From assembly GCA_964016885.1 (NCBI GenBank), contig OZ024740.1, forward strand, positions 114,390,001-114,454,000: 64,000 nucleotides of DNA. The letters run 5' to 3'. Position numbers and translations under genes: made by a program. Within the stretch, counting starts at the first letter, position 1. Every line of letters starts with the position of its first letter. The notes beneath the pieces are model-generated. The model searched no databases and had not been told where the DNA came from. It worked only from the letters and a program-made list of their open reading frames with translations. Below, piece after piece: positions 1-12,830 of the stretch. The DNA is from Eledone cirrhosa (Eukaryota).

Positions 1-25
1 CTATTAATCGTCTCTTTCTCCATGT

Positions 26-204
<179 letters not shown>

Positions 205-233
205 TATGTATATGTACATATATACATACATAC

Positions 234-264
<31 letters not shown>

Positions 265-271
265 AATACAT

Positions 272-1237
272 ATATTGTTATACTTGGGGAGGGTCATATT
301 TGTGTAATATTGCCCGAATTAATAACAGAACACACGCACTGTTTGGTTGGTTTTCGCTTTTCGCTTCTGTGTCTTTTATATCTGTAATCTAATTTATTCG
401 GTCCTCAATTTTGCCATTGACTGACCAACGGTCAAAAATAATACAGATAGAATATACACACAAACACATATATATAGTTTATCAAAGTTCTTTCGTTGCA
501 CATCTGCAACATCGTCGGTGGTGCTATTGTTTCCTCTCGTTGCATTGTATTTTCTACGTCATCTTTATATTAGTCTGTTTATATATTTATTTATTTGTTT
601 ATTTTATTTTGTCTTCTTTGCGCATGCGTTTGCGTGTGTGTATAGTGTTTTGTTTGATGTGTGTTCGTGATTGGGTGACTGTGTATTGGTTAATGTATTC
701 TATCTTTACTAGTGTGTGTTTATATGTGTTTGTTGTTATTGTGCTTGTGTAAGTATTTATTTATACTTCTCTTAGGTCAGTGTTGTTTGTTTGGGTGTTG
801 TTGTTATTCCATTCATCCTTTATGTTTAGCCTTGGCCTTCTAAGTTCTATTTCACTGGCCTCTCTGATTTGCCTATCTGCTGGGTCATTTCTATGTTTAG
901 ATATTATTATAATTTCCATGTTGTCTATGTTACCGTCGTGTTGTTGTCTGGCATGTTCGTATAGTACTGAACCGTTTTTTCCCCCAGTGTTGGTCTATCC
1001 TTTCACCTATGCTACGAGCTGTCTCGCCTATGTATGTTGTTGTCATGTTTCTGCAAGTACCCTCTGTACATCTTATGCTATAGCCTGCGTTTCTAGTTTT
1101 ACAGTTTATCCGGGGGTTTACCTTACATATGATACATTTCCTATTAGTAGAGTGGGTTTTCTTAAAAGGGTAGGTTTTGCTGATTATTAATTCTGGCAAT
1201 ATTACACAAATATGACCCTCCCCAAGTATAACAATAT
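272..1237 (-). mobile_element. Penelope-like element 3' fragment (GIY-YIG endonuclease remnant) bounded by 54-bp inverted repeats, inserted in (TA)n
   Basis: ORF 930-1259(-) contains CIIC...NCKTRNAGYSIRC...C...YIGETARSIGERIDQH (GIY-YIG motif). 272-325 and 1184-1237 are reverse complements with 1 mismatch. (TA)n tracts on both sides. Confidence 0.75.
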
Positions 1238-1291
1238 TTGTTTCGACACACGATTTCATATCAAAAACCTCGCAAAACTAATTTATCGCCG

Positions 1292-1399
<108 letters not shown>

Positions 1400-1435
1400 G
1401 TATATATATATATTGTTATATATATATATAAATTG

Positions 1436-1464
<29 letters not shown>

Positions 1465-1467
<3 letters not shown>

Positions 1468-1650
1468 CAAAGGAATTGTGGTAAGGAACCAGATGGACCA
1501 GAACGCACCAGAGTACTCAATACTTAGGGTATAGAGTTAGAAATTGGGAAATAGGAAAAAGTATGTCCCCGACGGCAGAGCTCAAGCCGTCTAGAAATAG
1601 CCGTCGAAACGGCTTGAGCTCTGCAGTCGGGGTCATACTTTTTCCTATAT
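1465..1650 (-). repeat. Dispersed hairpin element (family H) in (TA)n
   Basis: Imperfect palindrome 1551-1648 (ATAGGAAAAAGTATGTCCCCGACGG...GTCGGGGTCATACTTTTTCCTAT) plus ~85-bp tail shared with copies at 5.3, 6.5, 10.5, 24.7, 31.9 and 48.0 kb. Confidence 0.85.
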
Positions 1651-2102
1651 ATATATATATATATATATAGGGGTTTTCTCCCCTTAGAACCTCACATGTG
1701 CTTTCATGCCCTGTGAGATTCTGGCGCACGAAGAACAAAATGCCTGTTGAGAAAGCGATTACTTGTTCGATCATTATATCAAAAGCTAATTATTTTTTAT
1801 AAGCAGACAGTATTATTGATTTAAGTGTCACAGAAACCCAATATCGGAGTATTCCATCTTCCCCGAGGGTCCGGGTAACTATTTCAATCATATCTTATTT
1901 TGTTTGACCCGTTTACCTTGTTCGCTTTTTTGGCTCAGATGGTTAATGGCTTCTTTACCATCGTCTCAGTTTGTTTGACCTTCTTAACTTATGTTTAAAG
2001 CTCTGGTATCTTCATATCCATAGATCGCTTGTCAACACAATACGGAAGTTGCGTTTCGCTTATTTCTACCCGCCGAAATGCGATTCTCGCTAAATTTATA
2101 TT

Positions 2103-2145
<43 letters not shown>

Positions 2146-2242
2146 TAAATCGATCGACTTTCGTCAAATCGGACCGAGGAAACAATGTTTCCGTCGGTCT
2201 TTCCAGTTGCTAATACTATCTATCGGTCGCAACTCCAGGTAA

Positions 2243-2347
2243 AAGGAGCAACGTGAAATAAAGTGTCTTGCTCAAGGACATAACGCATCACGGTCGGTCC
2301 AGGAATCGAACTCACAACCTCACGATTGCGTTTCTCTCACCACTCAG

Positions 2348-2351
<4 letters not shown>
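2243..2351 (-). mobile_element. tRNA-derived SINE (family S2), head region
   Basis: Minus strand has A box GTGGCTGAGTGG and B box GAGTTCGATTCC, then TGTCCTTGAGCAAGACACTTTATTTCACGTTGCTCC. Related copies at 39.8-40.1 and 47.5-47.8 kb. Confidence 0.7.
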
Positions 2352-2440
<89 letters not shown>

Positions 2441-3062
2441 GCTGCCATTCACGACCTTCTACTTTGACCGATGACCACGTGATGATTCTTAACCATTTTG
2501 AATTAATTTCTGGCGGCGATCACTGTAGAAATTTTAGTCCTCTTGAGAGAGTCTCTTTATAAGCTCGAAACCTCATGGATAATACCGGATTAGACATATC
2601 CATAAAGTACGAGCGAAACTATCCATAATCGAGACTAGAAGAATTTTGGTCAAGTTTCTATTCATTTTTCTTCATACTTACATATTAGACCTAACTCCGT
2701 TTAATTGAACATTTGTCAAGTTAATTTCTACAGAGTAAGAGGAAAGACTAGGTAGATTTTATATGACTGTTCCTCACAGAGGAAAGTCTAGGACTCTTAT
2801 GTTATTTCTTCGAAGTTACATTTTAAACTTAGCTCCGTTTAATGATTATTTATCTAGTTAATTTTTACGGACTTGGGAGGAGAAAAATTGGGTATATTTT
2901 ATCTCACAGTTCTTCAAACTTACATTAATAATTATTTGCTTAATTAATTTTTTCCTTGAGCCATACCGTGAAAGGTAGCCACACTCAGTTTCGGACAAAG
3001 AGAAACATTTACCATATATGTATCTGTGACTATGCCTAAATATATACATATATATCCCTATC

Positions 3063-3137
<75 letters not shown>

Positions 3138-3174
3138 ACAGAGAGTGTAACGACAAACAGATTGCAGACGACAT

Positions 3175-3760
3175 ATCTTCTATTATATTATAAAGCTGAG
3201 TGTCGCGTGTATTATGTATGTATCCTACACACCTCCCTATAGTTTCTTAGCTTTACTCTCTCCGTCGCTCTTCCCTCTCTCTATAAGAGATCATTCCCTT
3301 TCTCTATAATTTAACTGCTTTACTCTCTCTGTCGCTCTTCACTCCCAAATATTATAAAGCTGAGCGTCGTCTTTCTCTCTCTCTCCCCCTTTCACCCTCT
3401 CTATAAGTTAACTGCTTTACTCTCTATCTCTCTTCACTCTCTATATGACAACACTCTTTTACTTTCCGTAGAGATGAGCGTCGTATGTAAATTCGGTCAG
3501 CACGTATGTATCCTACACATCTCCCTACAGTTTCTTAGCTTTACCCTCTGTATCGCTCTTCCTTCTCTCTATAATAGACCATACCCCTCTCTATAATGTA
3601 AATGTTTTACTCGCTCTGTTGCTCTTCACTCCCTAACATTATAAAGCTGAGCATTGTCTCTCTCTCTCTCTGTCTCCCTCATTCAACCTCCCTATAATTT
3701 AACTGCTTTACTCTGTCTCTCTTCACTATCTATAAGACAACACTCTTTTACTTTACGTAT
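3175..3760 (+). repeat. Pyrimidine-rich ~290-bp tandem duplication, possibly inside a non-autonomous Helitron-like element
   Basis: TATGTATCCTACACA...GACAACACTCTTTTACTTT occurs at ~3217-3470 and ~3505-3760, with internal TATAAAGCTGAG subrepeats. The TCTTCTATTATATTATAAA start resembles a Helitron 5' end, but no 3' end was found. Confidence 0.5.
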
Positions 3761-3805
3761 CTACTACCTTCAATATATCAATATATAACCATATTCTGCT
3801 GCACG

Positions 3806-4100
3806 TCAGGCTGATTGGGCCAAACTCCTCAAATACCGGTTGCTCTCCGACAGGTTTGCGGTCGTACCCCTGGCAGTGGAGACTTCTGGTGTCCTCTGCC
3901 CCAGGGCTACCTCCTTACTCACCACCATAGGCGCTGAGCTGACCAGCCACAGGTGTGAGCCCCGCGAATTTGAGTGGCTTTTCCAGCGCGTCTCCCTTGC
4001 CGTCCTCCGGGGAAATGCCTTCTCCAGCCTGTGCGCCGGGGCTGTGGTTGGGTCCCATCGCGTACCGTTGTAGTTGTTGTATACAGATACTAACTCATCA
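3806..4100 (+). mobile_element. CRE-clade non-LTR retrotransposon 3' fragment (restriction-like endonuclease C-terminus)
   Basis: GC-rich island reading KLLKYRLLSDRFAVVPLAVETSGVLCPRA...REFEWLFQRVSLAVLRGNA, matching the K..KY / P.AVET.G / QR.S.AV.RGNA pattern of CRE-type RLE C-termini. Confidence 0.75.
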
Positions 4101-4278
4101 ATCCCATTATTTATATCTAACTCATCAATCCCATTATTTATATCATATATCAACATATATCAAATTCGGTCAACACACAAGCAGGTAATACAACATCAAC
4201 AGGCAACCCTCTTAGAGAGATAGAGAATTAAAGAGACAGTTTAGGAAAACTACACACACACACACATCTAAATAGAGG

Positions 4279-4320
<42 letters not shown>

Positions 4321-4637
4321 TGTGAGAGGAGAGAGAGAGAGAGACAGGGAAAGAGAAATAGAGGGACGGGCCAGCAGGTAATACATACATCTAAAATCAT
4401 TTGGATACAAATATCATAATATAATGTTTGCAGATCGAAAATACAGAGAAATATAATAATGTATGTATCCCACACACTTTTTCTGTCGTCGCTCGCATAA
4501 GTAACACCCCCCCCCCCACACCCCACACATGCACACACACACATACACACACTTTCACACCTGATTTCGCTAATTGCCGGACAACATCAAAACAAAACAC
4601 ATACACGAACACACATACACATACACAAACACACACT

Positions 4638-5210
4638 AAACACCGAGCATTATAATAAATGTTCGGTGAGTCCATACGTACATATATATATATGTGTGCA
4701 TGTATGTATATATATATATACATACTACTGTACGTCTGTATACATATATGTATGTACGCATACATACTTATATTTAAGTAACAGCCGTACTAAGAGTGAG
4801 AAATGAAATTTCGTTTCATTTTTTCCGTTTATTGTTTTCGGTACCCCGACCGATTAACTCACTCGATATGCAAATTAGGCTGCTCAGCCGTTAATATGCA
4901 TAAGGAAAGCATATACTTTCAGACGTTCAATCATCTGGCAAGAAGGTATACGTTGCTGACGATAGCTAATAAGCTTGAAACTAGTACAGCGTTCCTTTGT
5001 CAGTGTTGAACAAATGAGCAACGATGGTTTTCTAGACACTGTACGGCTTAATACGGGATGTTTGTTTACAAACACACCGAGCATTATAATAAATGTTCGG
5101 TGAATCCATACGTACATATATATATATATATATGTGCATGTATGTATATATATATAAATACTACTGTACGTCTGTATACATATATGTATGTACGCATACA
5201 TACTTATATA
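4638..5210 (+). mobile_element. Retrozyme-like element family R2, ~1.3 tandem units of ~434 bp
   Basis: CACCGAGCATTATAATAAATGTTCGGTG at 4641 and 5075 (period 434). Contains an HHR at 4925-5011. Second genomic copy at 42606-42967. Confidence 0.8.
4925..5011 (+). ncRNA. Type I hammerhead ribozyme (family R2)
   Basis: CGTTG-CTGACGA(4956-62)-T AGCT AATA AGCT T-GAAAC TA GTA^CAGCG. Stem I CGTTG/CAGCG is extended by AAGG/CCTT, CTGGCA/TGTCAG and GTTCAA/TTGAAC. Predicted cleavage after 4986. Confidence 0.88.
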
Positions 5211-5226
5211 TATATATATATATACA

Positions 5227-5269
<43 letters not shown>

Positions 5270-5321
5270 AGGGAGAGAGAGAGATATACGTGTATATATA
5301 TATATGCTCAAATATATACGA

Positions 5322-5445
5322 TTGGATCTAGCTGTCGAAACAGCCGCCGGGGTCCCGACTCTTTTCCTATTACCCACTCTACTACCCTATGTATTGTGTA
5401 CTCCGAAGCGTTATGGTTTAGATGGTATCTTCCTACACTCTCTTT
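5322..5445 (+). repeat. Hairpin element family H, partial copy (right arm plus tail)
   Basis: GGATCTAGCTGTCGAAACAGCCG...GGGGTCCCGACT...TTCCTATTACCCACTCTACTACCC matches the other copies. Confidence 0.75.
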
Positions 5446-6059
5446 GTTGTAAAACAACCTCCAACAACATAAAGACTGAGGACAGAATAGGACACATGAG
5501 TAAAAGACAAGGCCATAGGAAGACACTAACAGAAAAATATACTAAACTACATACGCACACACATACATGAACACTCAAACATATGTCAAACTCAAAGACA
5601 CACACAGGTGCAGACACAAATGAAACGTAACTCAGCAAAACAAGATGGATTTAAAAAAATAAGAGTATAAAGAAAAGGAAGCACAAAGAAAAATCCTCAT
5701 TGAGGGGGTCATATAGTGTGTGACGAAAGCACTTTACCGACCTAACTATTAATAATAAATAGTGCGTGTATGATTGATAGATATATATTGGAAGACGTGA
5801 GAGAGCTAGAGAAAGAAAAGGCCAGAGGGAGAGAGAGACAGAGAGAGAGAGAGTAGACATGGGTTTAGATGTGTAAATGAATGCAACACAATATGGTATG
5901 ATTTATTAGATTATGTGATGTTTAAATCTTCAAGTCATCAAAATCGTCTTTTTCCTGTTTCAATTCACACTCAATATTCTGACAGAGGAAATCTTCAACA
6001 TAACCGAAAATAAACGAATTCATGTACACAAAAACGGACATCTATATAATTGTAGATGA

Positions 6060-6110
<51 letters not shown>

Positions 6111-6116
<6 letters not shown>

Positions 6117-6401
6117 CAAGGTTTAGCAAATAAGAAAAAGTTTCAAAATAAATTTTAAAAAATTCACATCTCGGGAACAATTTTGAATAGCGCCAGTTCG
6201 TAATTTGAACTCGGGAATTTTATATTCTCCTAGTGAAAAGAACCTTTTGACGAGAGCTTATCTTTACAATGGAAGGCTTCAAGGACTGTCCATTTATTTT
6301 TGAGACTCGAAACCGATTCGGCAAAGGTAACCATAGTGAGTACAGTGAATGTTTTAAAATTTATTTTGAAACTTTTTCTTATTTACTAAACCTTGATTAT
6401 A
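6111..6401 (+). mobile_element. 291-bp element with ~57-bp terminal inverted repeats enclosing a degenerate hammerhead
   Basis: TIRs at 6111-6167 and 6345-6401 (2 mismatches seen), flanked by TA. HHR-like fold at 6242-6328. Confidence 0.75.
6242..6328 (+). ncRNA. Degenerate type I hammerhead with long stem II (core changes C3U and U16.1C)
   Basis: ACCTT-TTGACGA-GAG CTTA...AATGGA...TCCATT...TGAG A CTC-GAAAC CGATTCG GCA-AAGGT. All three stems pair and two core positions deviate. Confidence 0.6.
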
Positions 6402-6513
6402 TATGTTCTGGCTTGTTAATTTATTAACCTGCCATTGAACCACATTGGCATATGGTTGGACAATACATGTGTGCCTAGACGCTTTTTGCGTGTAGGGATA
6501 TATACTCCATTAT

Positions 6514-6546
<33 letters not shown>

Positions 6547-6550
<4 letters not shown>

Positions 6551-6768
6551 AACCAGTAAGACCCCGACAGCTGAGCTCAAGCCGTTTCGACGGCTAATTC
6601 TGGACAGCTAATTCGACGGCTAATTCTAATGAGTCCAGAATTAGCCGTCGAAACGGCTTGAGCTCAGCTGTCGGGGTCTTACTGGTTCCTATTACCCACT
6701 CTACTACCTCAAGTATTGAGTACTTTGGTGCGTTATGGTCCACCTGGTTCCTTACCACATTTCCTTCG

Positions 6769-6772
<4 letters not shown>
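6547..6772 (+). repeat. Hairpin element family H, most complete copy
   Basis: Arms TAGGAACCAGTAAGACCCCGACAGCTGAGCTCAAGCCGTTTCGACGGCTAATTCTGGAC and its reverse complement. The centre contains CTAATGAG. Tail ends CATTTCCTTCGT then (TA)n. Confidence 0.85.
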
Positions 6773-6834
<62 letters not shown>

Positions 6835-7448
6835 TGGCTGCCAACTCGTTTTCGAGTACGGCCACTACTTTATATCCATGTAGGAGAAATCCTACCGATG
6901 CGCTGAACGAGTGTGACGTTTTAGTCCAGCCAGCGACTTGAAAACTATGGTACAAACACTACACTTGTGACAATTATTGACACATAGTGCTGGGCCCATG
7001 GTACCATGTGACGACAAGTGCAGAGATATCTCCAGATATAAAGCAATGGCTGTGCCGTGAAGCTTTTATAGTGAGAAAAGGCACTGCACAAATCCAGTCC
7101 CACTCTCTTAACCAAGATGATATTTACGAAAAAGAAGAACAAGTCAACATCATTGGATACCATCAGAGTTGCAGGTGTTATATCAGAGTTTTCCTTCTCC
7201 TAGAATTCTGCCTTGCCAAAGGCTAAGAGGTCATCTCGCCCGGTGATTTTGGATGACCATTGATTCTTAAGAGCTCCTTTGCCCTTTGACAGGTTTTGTT
7301 TTTAGTCCTGCAGGATGTCTAAAGTCACCCTCCTCAGCAAGAAACCTTGGTGGGGTTGCCAGCTTAGTCGGGTCGACCATGAGACAGGTTGTACTGGGAT
7401 ACATGTTACCAGTAGCACCAACTGGTGACCTGACATATATATATATAT

Positions 7449-7556
<108 letters not shown>

Positions 7557-7935
7557 ATACATATATATGTATATACATGCAAATATATATATATATATAT
7601 ATATGTATATACATACATATATATATATATATGTATATATATGAGTGTTTGAATTTCTTTTTACTTGAAAAAAGGGGCCCACGAAGGCTTTTTTGGGGAT
7701 TGGTTATAAATGAAATTATGGCTATCACGTGAACAAGTTTTCATTAAATTTTCGCGCCCTTATTTTGAAATCCATTCTGTAGCCTTTTTAGAGAATTTGA
7801 TGATAAGTAAAAGATAATGGTCAAGAGAAATGGGATGGGACAATTGTTCTGGTTCAGTGAATATGGTTAGTTCGCTGGGATGTCAGAGTTCAGATTTTCT
7901 ATTGAAGTAAAGATCTGTATGTTTATTTGTGTGCT

Positions 7936-8024
<89 letters not shown>

Positions 8025-8329
8025 TGGAAGATGATTCTATTAGTAGAAATGGGGGAGGGAGTTGTGTGTGTGTGTATATGGGTGTTATGCGTGTGTGTGC
8101 GAGTATGTTAAGATGGAGAGAATATATATTTTGTGTGTGTGTATATATGTGTGTAGGAAAGTGGTTCTATTAGTAGAAATGGGGGAGGGAGTTGTGGGTA
8201 TGGGGGTTGTTATGTGTGTGTATGGGTGTTATGTGTGTGGGAGTATGGTTAGCATGCTAAGATGAAGAGAATATATATATATATATTGTGTGTGTGTGTG
8301 TGTGTGTAGGAAAATGATTCCTTTAGTAG

Positions 8330-9915
8330 GAATATTTTTGAATGAACATATTTTCCTTACTTATTCGTATTTGTTCTGTTGTATTGTCAGTGCAAACGTA
8401 TGTTAAGGTTTATTTAGTTCGGGTTTTTATTTTATAAAGTAGAAGGTGTTATGTGTGTGTGTGTATGTCATATTATGGTGTTGACATAATGTATATTAAA
8501 CCATATTTAATGCTGGTCTATATTTTTGAATAAACATATTTTCCTTATTTATTCGTATTTGTTCTGTTGTATTGTTAGCGCAAAGGTAAAATGGGAAGAC
8601 TTGGAATTTGGGTGTCTTATTACTTGCGCAAATGTCTCGTGGTTGGATCTCGTAATTGTTGGCGATGAACTGTCATTCTGTTTCTGAGTGTGAGTTTAGT
8701 TTGTCCTATATAATCTTCATTGCATCCTTTACATTTAATGGCATAAAGTAGATTTTTTGATGAGCAAGTGAAGTGATTTTTTAGAGTAAAATTGTTGTCC
8801 CGATTTAAATGTATACGTGTTGCCTTCAATGAGGTGAGTGCAGGTTCCACAATTAGAGCGACGACATTTTTTGATACTTGGTGGTGGGTTTGTGGTAGGT
8901 AATTTGGCATTGGTGAGTAATGTTTTAAGTGATTTTGGTTGTCTTTTGCTTTTGATTATTTTGTGTGTTTCAAGAGCTTTTTTAATTCTTGGGTTTTGTT
9001 TTAGTAGTGGGATGTTCTTGTGAATAGTGTTATAAGCTTCCGCATTTCTTGGGTTGTGTGATAGAATATATGATAGAATATTGGACGTACCTTGAATTTG
9101 TTTCTGTTTCCGTAATTCATCAATGCCTATTGATTTAGCCCTTTCTATTCCATTATTTATTAGTAATAGTTGGTACTCTCTCTCGAGTAGAGTTTCCTTT
9201 AATTCTTGAAGTCTTTTATTTCGTGTTTCATAATTGGAGACAATTGTGCAAATTCTTCGTGCTAGGTTAAAAGGAATGGTCGTCTTCGTGTGCTTTGGAT
9301 GGTTGGAGGTGAATAGCAGGTATTGTTTGGAATCTGTTGGTTTGTAGTGTATGTCAGTTTCGATATTTGTGTATTTTTCTAAGATTAAGATGTCCATAAA
9401 TGGGAGTTGATCTTGGCTGTATTCCATTGTGAATTGGATGTGGTTATTGATGCCGTTTATTAAGTTTTTGAAATCCTTCAGTTGGTCGAGTGTGTGGGAC
9501 CAAAGAATTAGACAATCATCCCAATTCTCTGATAAATATTTGTGGAAGTTCAATCCGTATTTTAATTTGGACTGTTCATAAATCTGGACTTCTAAAGTAT
9601 TCCATGACTAAGTTGGCATAAGTTGGAGCGGCTTTTGTACCCATCGCAGTCCCCGATATTTGCTTGTAAGTATTGCCATCAAAATCAAAAAAGTTGTTCT
9701 GTAAGATGAATTTTAATCCCTCGGTGATGAAGCTTTTTTCTATTCTGTCAGGTATCTCATTGGGATATTTCTCTAGCCAGAATCCTATTGCTTCTAGTCC
9801 GTATTGGTGTGGGATCGTTGTGTAGAGATTCACTACATCGAAAGACACAATAATAGTGTCGTTGCTGACATGTTTGGGGAGGTGGTTTAAGAGGTCCAGA
9901 TCGTCTCTTACAAGG

Positions 9916-9918
<3 letters not shown>
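8330..9918 (-). mobile_element. Penelope-like element (Neptune-type RT, Zn-finger linker, GIY-YIG), 5'-truncated and frameshifted
   Basis: SFDVVNLYTTIP and YKQISGTAMGTKAAPTYANL (RT); YKPTDSKQYL...SNHP (PLE thumb); CRRSNCGTC linker; FTCSSKNLLYAIKCKGCNEDYIGQT (GIY-YIG). Split over ORFs 9576-10013, 8735-9553 and 8620-8910. Residues before the catalytic DD are deleted (ENWDDCLI). 5' end abuts (TA)n at 9918. Confidence 0.9.
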
Positions 9919-10003
<85 letters not shown>

Positions 10004-10455
10004 ATACATACATATATGTGTGTGTTTAGGTTCTTTGTGTGGAAAGAGCCCAACGTCTATGTTATCTATTAATTCCCAATGTTCAGTCTGCCATGTTGGT
10101 ATTGCACTGATAAGTGTTCCCACATCTTATATCGTAGGCAACGCATCCTGTGGATGTCATTATCATATTACTGCACTCACACTTTGTAAACCATATGCTA
10201 TAGACCACATTCATATTTTAATCGGGATTAGCTTATACATTATACAGTTTCTCTCAGTGTAGGTTTTTGTTCTTAAAAGTGTCTAAGAACGCCATAGTTA
10301 AAGGGAACGTAAGAAAGTATGAGTCATTGAAGAGGATACACATATGTGTTTTTAATAAAGGAATGTTGGCAACATGAACATTCTCAAAGAATGTCACATC
10401 AAGAACCATGGAAAAAAAATAATAGTGGGTGTGTGTATACGCATATACACCAACG

Positions 10456-10489
<34 letters not shown>

Positions 10490-10490
<1 letters not shown>

Positions 10491-10578
10491 CGAAGGAAGT
10501 GTGGTAAGGAACTAGCTGGACCAGAAATAGCCGTCGAAACGGCTTGAGCTCTGCCGTCGGGGTTGAACATTTTCCTAT
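10490..10578 (-). repeat. Hairpin element family H, internally deleted copy
   Basis: GAAGGAAGTGTGGTAAGGAACTAGCTGGACC fused to AGAAATAGCCGTCGAAACGGCTTGAGCTCTGCCGTCGGGG, with (TA)n on both sides. Confidence 0.8.
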
Positions 10579-10589
10579 ATATATGTATA

Positions 10590-10681
<92 letters not shown>

Positions 10682-10773
10682 TATATATATATATATATAC
10701 ACAGATACACACACATATATATGTATACTGTATATATATACACACACACATAGATATATATATTGTTTATATC

Positions 10774-10806
<33 letters not shown>

Positions 10807-11575
10807 ATGTGCGTGTGTGTGTGTATACATATATACACACACACCTGGCACCTAAGCCCTTTTACAAACAATCAACCAAGATTCATTTAGTCTGACTTTT
10901 AAACATTATTCAATCCTATGAGAGATGCAGATTGTGGAATTGATATGTCGACATGGCGGCAACACTAAAATCTCATGTGGTTATATGCAGAAGGATTTCA
11001 TGATGATAACGAAGGGGCACATGACTATGATGGTGGTTCTCTGGAACAAGAACAAAAATAAGAAGGAAAAAATACAAAATATCGTTTAAAATGGAGATGA
11101 GTGTAGGTAACATGATCGCGAACCAATAAAAATATATAATAAGTTTTAATTTGTAGAACATAGCAAAAATAAGAGAAACATTTTCCTAAATACTAGTAAA
11201 GGAAAAAAAGACAAAACATGTTTTAAAAAGCTGTGAGAAACAAAAGAACGTAAGAAAAAAGTCTTATCGACACCACCGCAGAATACATACTATAAGATGG
11301 TTTAAAAATCAAAACAATGTTATTTAAATTTTAACCTGTATTTTTAACATGTCTGCAAATTCATTTGGTTTAGCATGGATTGCAGAAGCGTTAAATTTAA
11401 TATGTTTTTCACTGAAGTTAAAAAAGCTAGTCTTCGGTTACGGCAATTTCAAAATGTTTCAATTTACCATCTGTACAAGGCTGCCCTTTTTTTTTTTAGT
11501 GAATGTATATGACATGATTTCTAGTTTTTCCCCTCTTCGTGGATTCCTGTATATTTATTCAACTTTTCCAGCATT

Positions 11576-11756
11576 TTGGCAGTATCGGTAGAGGTTCGGG
11601 CGCCATGCTTTGCAGCACAGTTACGTCCTTTTACGGACTGAGTTCAAATCCCGCCGATGTTAACTTTGCCTTTTATCCTTACGGGGTCGATAAAATAAAG
11701 TACCAGTAATGTACTGTTTAATTGCTGGCCTTGTGCCAAAAGTAGAAACATTTATT
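11576..11756 (+). mobile_element. tRNA-derived SINE (family S1, octopod OR/OK-like)
   Basis: TGGCAGTATCGG A box, GAGTTCAAATCC B box, core CTTTGCCTTTTATCCTTACGGGGTCGATAAAATAAAGTACCAGT, 3' TGGCCTTGTGCCAAAAGTAGAAAC. At least 5 copies in the window. Confidence 0.8.
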
Positions 11757-12559
11757 TCCTAGGCCGTCTTTGTGTACTGAACTTGTATATCATAGCCGAG
11801 TGGTCGAGAAGTTTGCTTGCGAATGTTTCACGTTCAATTGTACTGTGCGGCATCTTAAGCAGGTTTTTTTAACATCGTCTCGTGTTAACTCTGTTGGAAT
11901 CTCATCAGATGGGATGTACCTGTAATTTAAAGTATCTACCTTTGTAACATTGTCTACAAAATATTTAGCCACTTACATCTTAAATTCATCAAGTGACACA
12001 AACCGTAACCGACGGACGATTTATCATGTAAGTGTGCTTGAAATAAATGTATGTGCATGTGAAAGAAAATACATAGCTATAAAATCAAAATTCGCTATCT
12101 TCAATATGATGTTCATAGGAACGTTTACAGTTATTGCATGGGGTAAACAAATTTTCACATTTTATGGTTAGACCAGTCAGATGACCACATCTTGCTTATA
12201 CATTCCAATGTTAACGGGGTTTGGATGGTTGGATGACATTCCTAATGCCAATAATTTTACATACTATACAGGGAATATTGTTATCATGACACCGGCACTA
12301 TCACTTTGATGTACTGGAAAGAGTTTCCAATATTATAACCTCACATTTATCGGGTTCTTTCTCTGTTATGGCACCAGAACTAGCACCTAACAAGATAGAC
12401 TGGATGTTTTTCTATATAGTACCAGCACTAACATTTTACATGGCAGACTGAGTCCCCCCCCCTTACTTCATGTTTATTCATACCAGTTCTTTCACCCACT
12501 CACTTCAACGTAAACTAACCATCTGATTACATTGCTCTTCACAACATTTATCACTGGCT

Positions 12560-12830
12560 CTATTTCCATCATCCTCTGTAATTCTTTGTTTCCATCTCTC
12601 AACGATATTCCATTCATTCACCAAACCATATTCATTTCCAGTTTTTCCAGGTTCCTATGTTGTTTCACCTTCACCCCCAATGTCTCACCCCTATAAATAG
12701 ATCATAGCGCTACTAAAACATGCGGCATAGATTTTTCTTTTCAGTATCAACAACATTCCCCTCTTTATTAGCTCACCACTCAGTTCCTGGAACTTCTTCC
12801 ATGTCCATCTCACTTTAGTTACAGTCACCA
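12560..12830 (-). mobile_element. Degenerate RTE-clade LINE fragment (post-RT region)
   Basis: KVRWTWKKFQELSGELIKRGMLLILKRKIYAACFSSAMIYL then GETL, resembling RTE ...K..Y.A...S.MLY..ETW. Confidence 0.55.

Noticed and set aside
2535-2645. GAG...CTCGAAAC and a second CGAAAC suggesting a hammerhead
   Set aside because: No CUGANGA core and no convincing stem III or NUH site.
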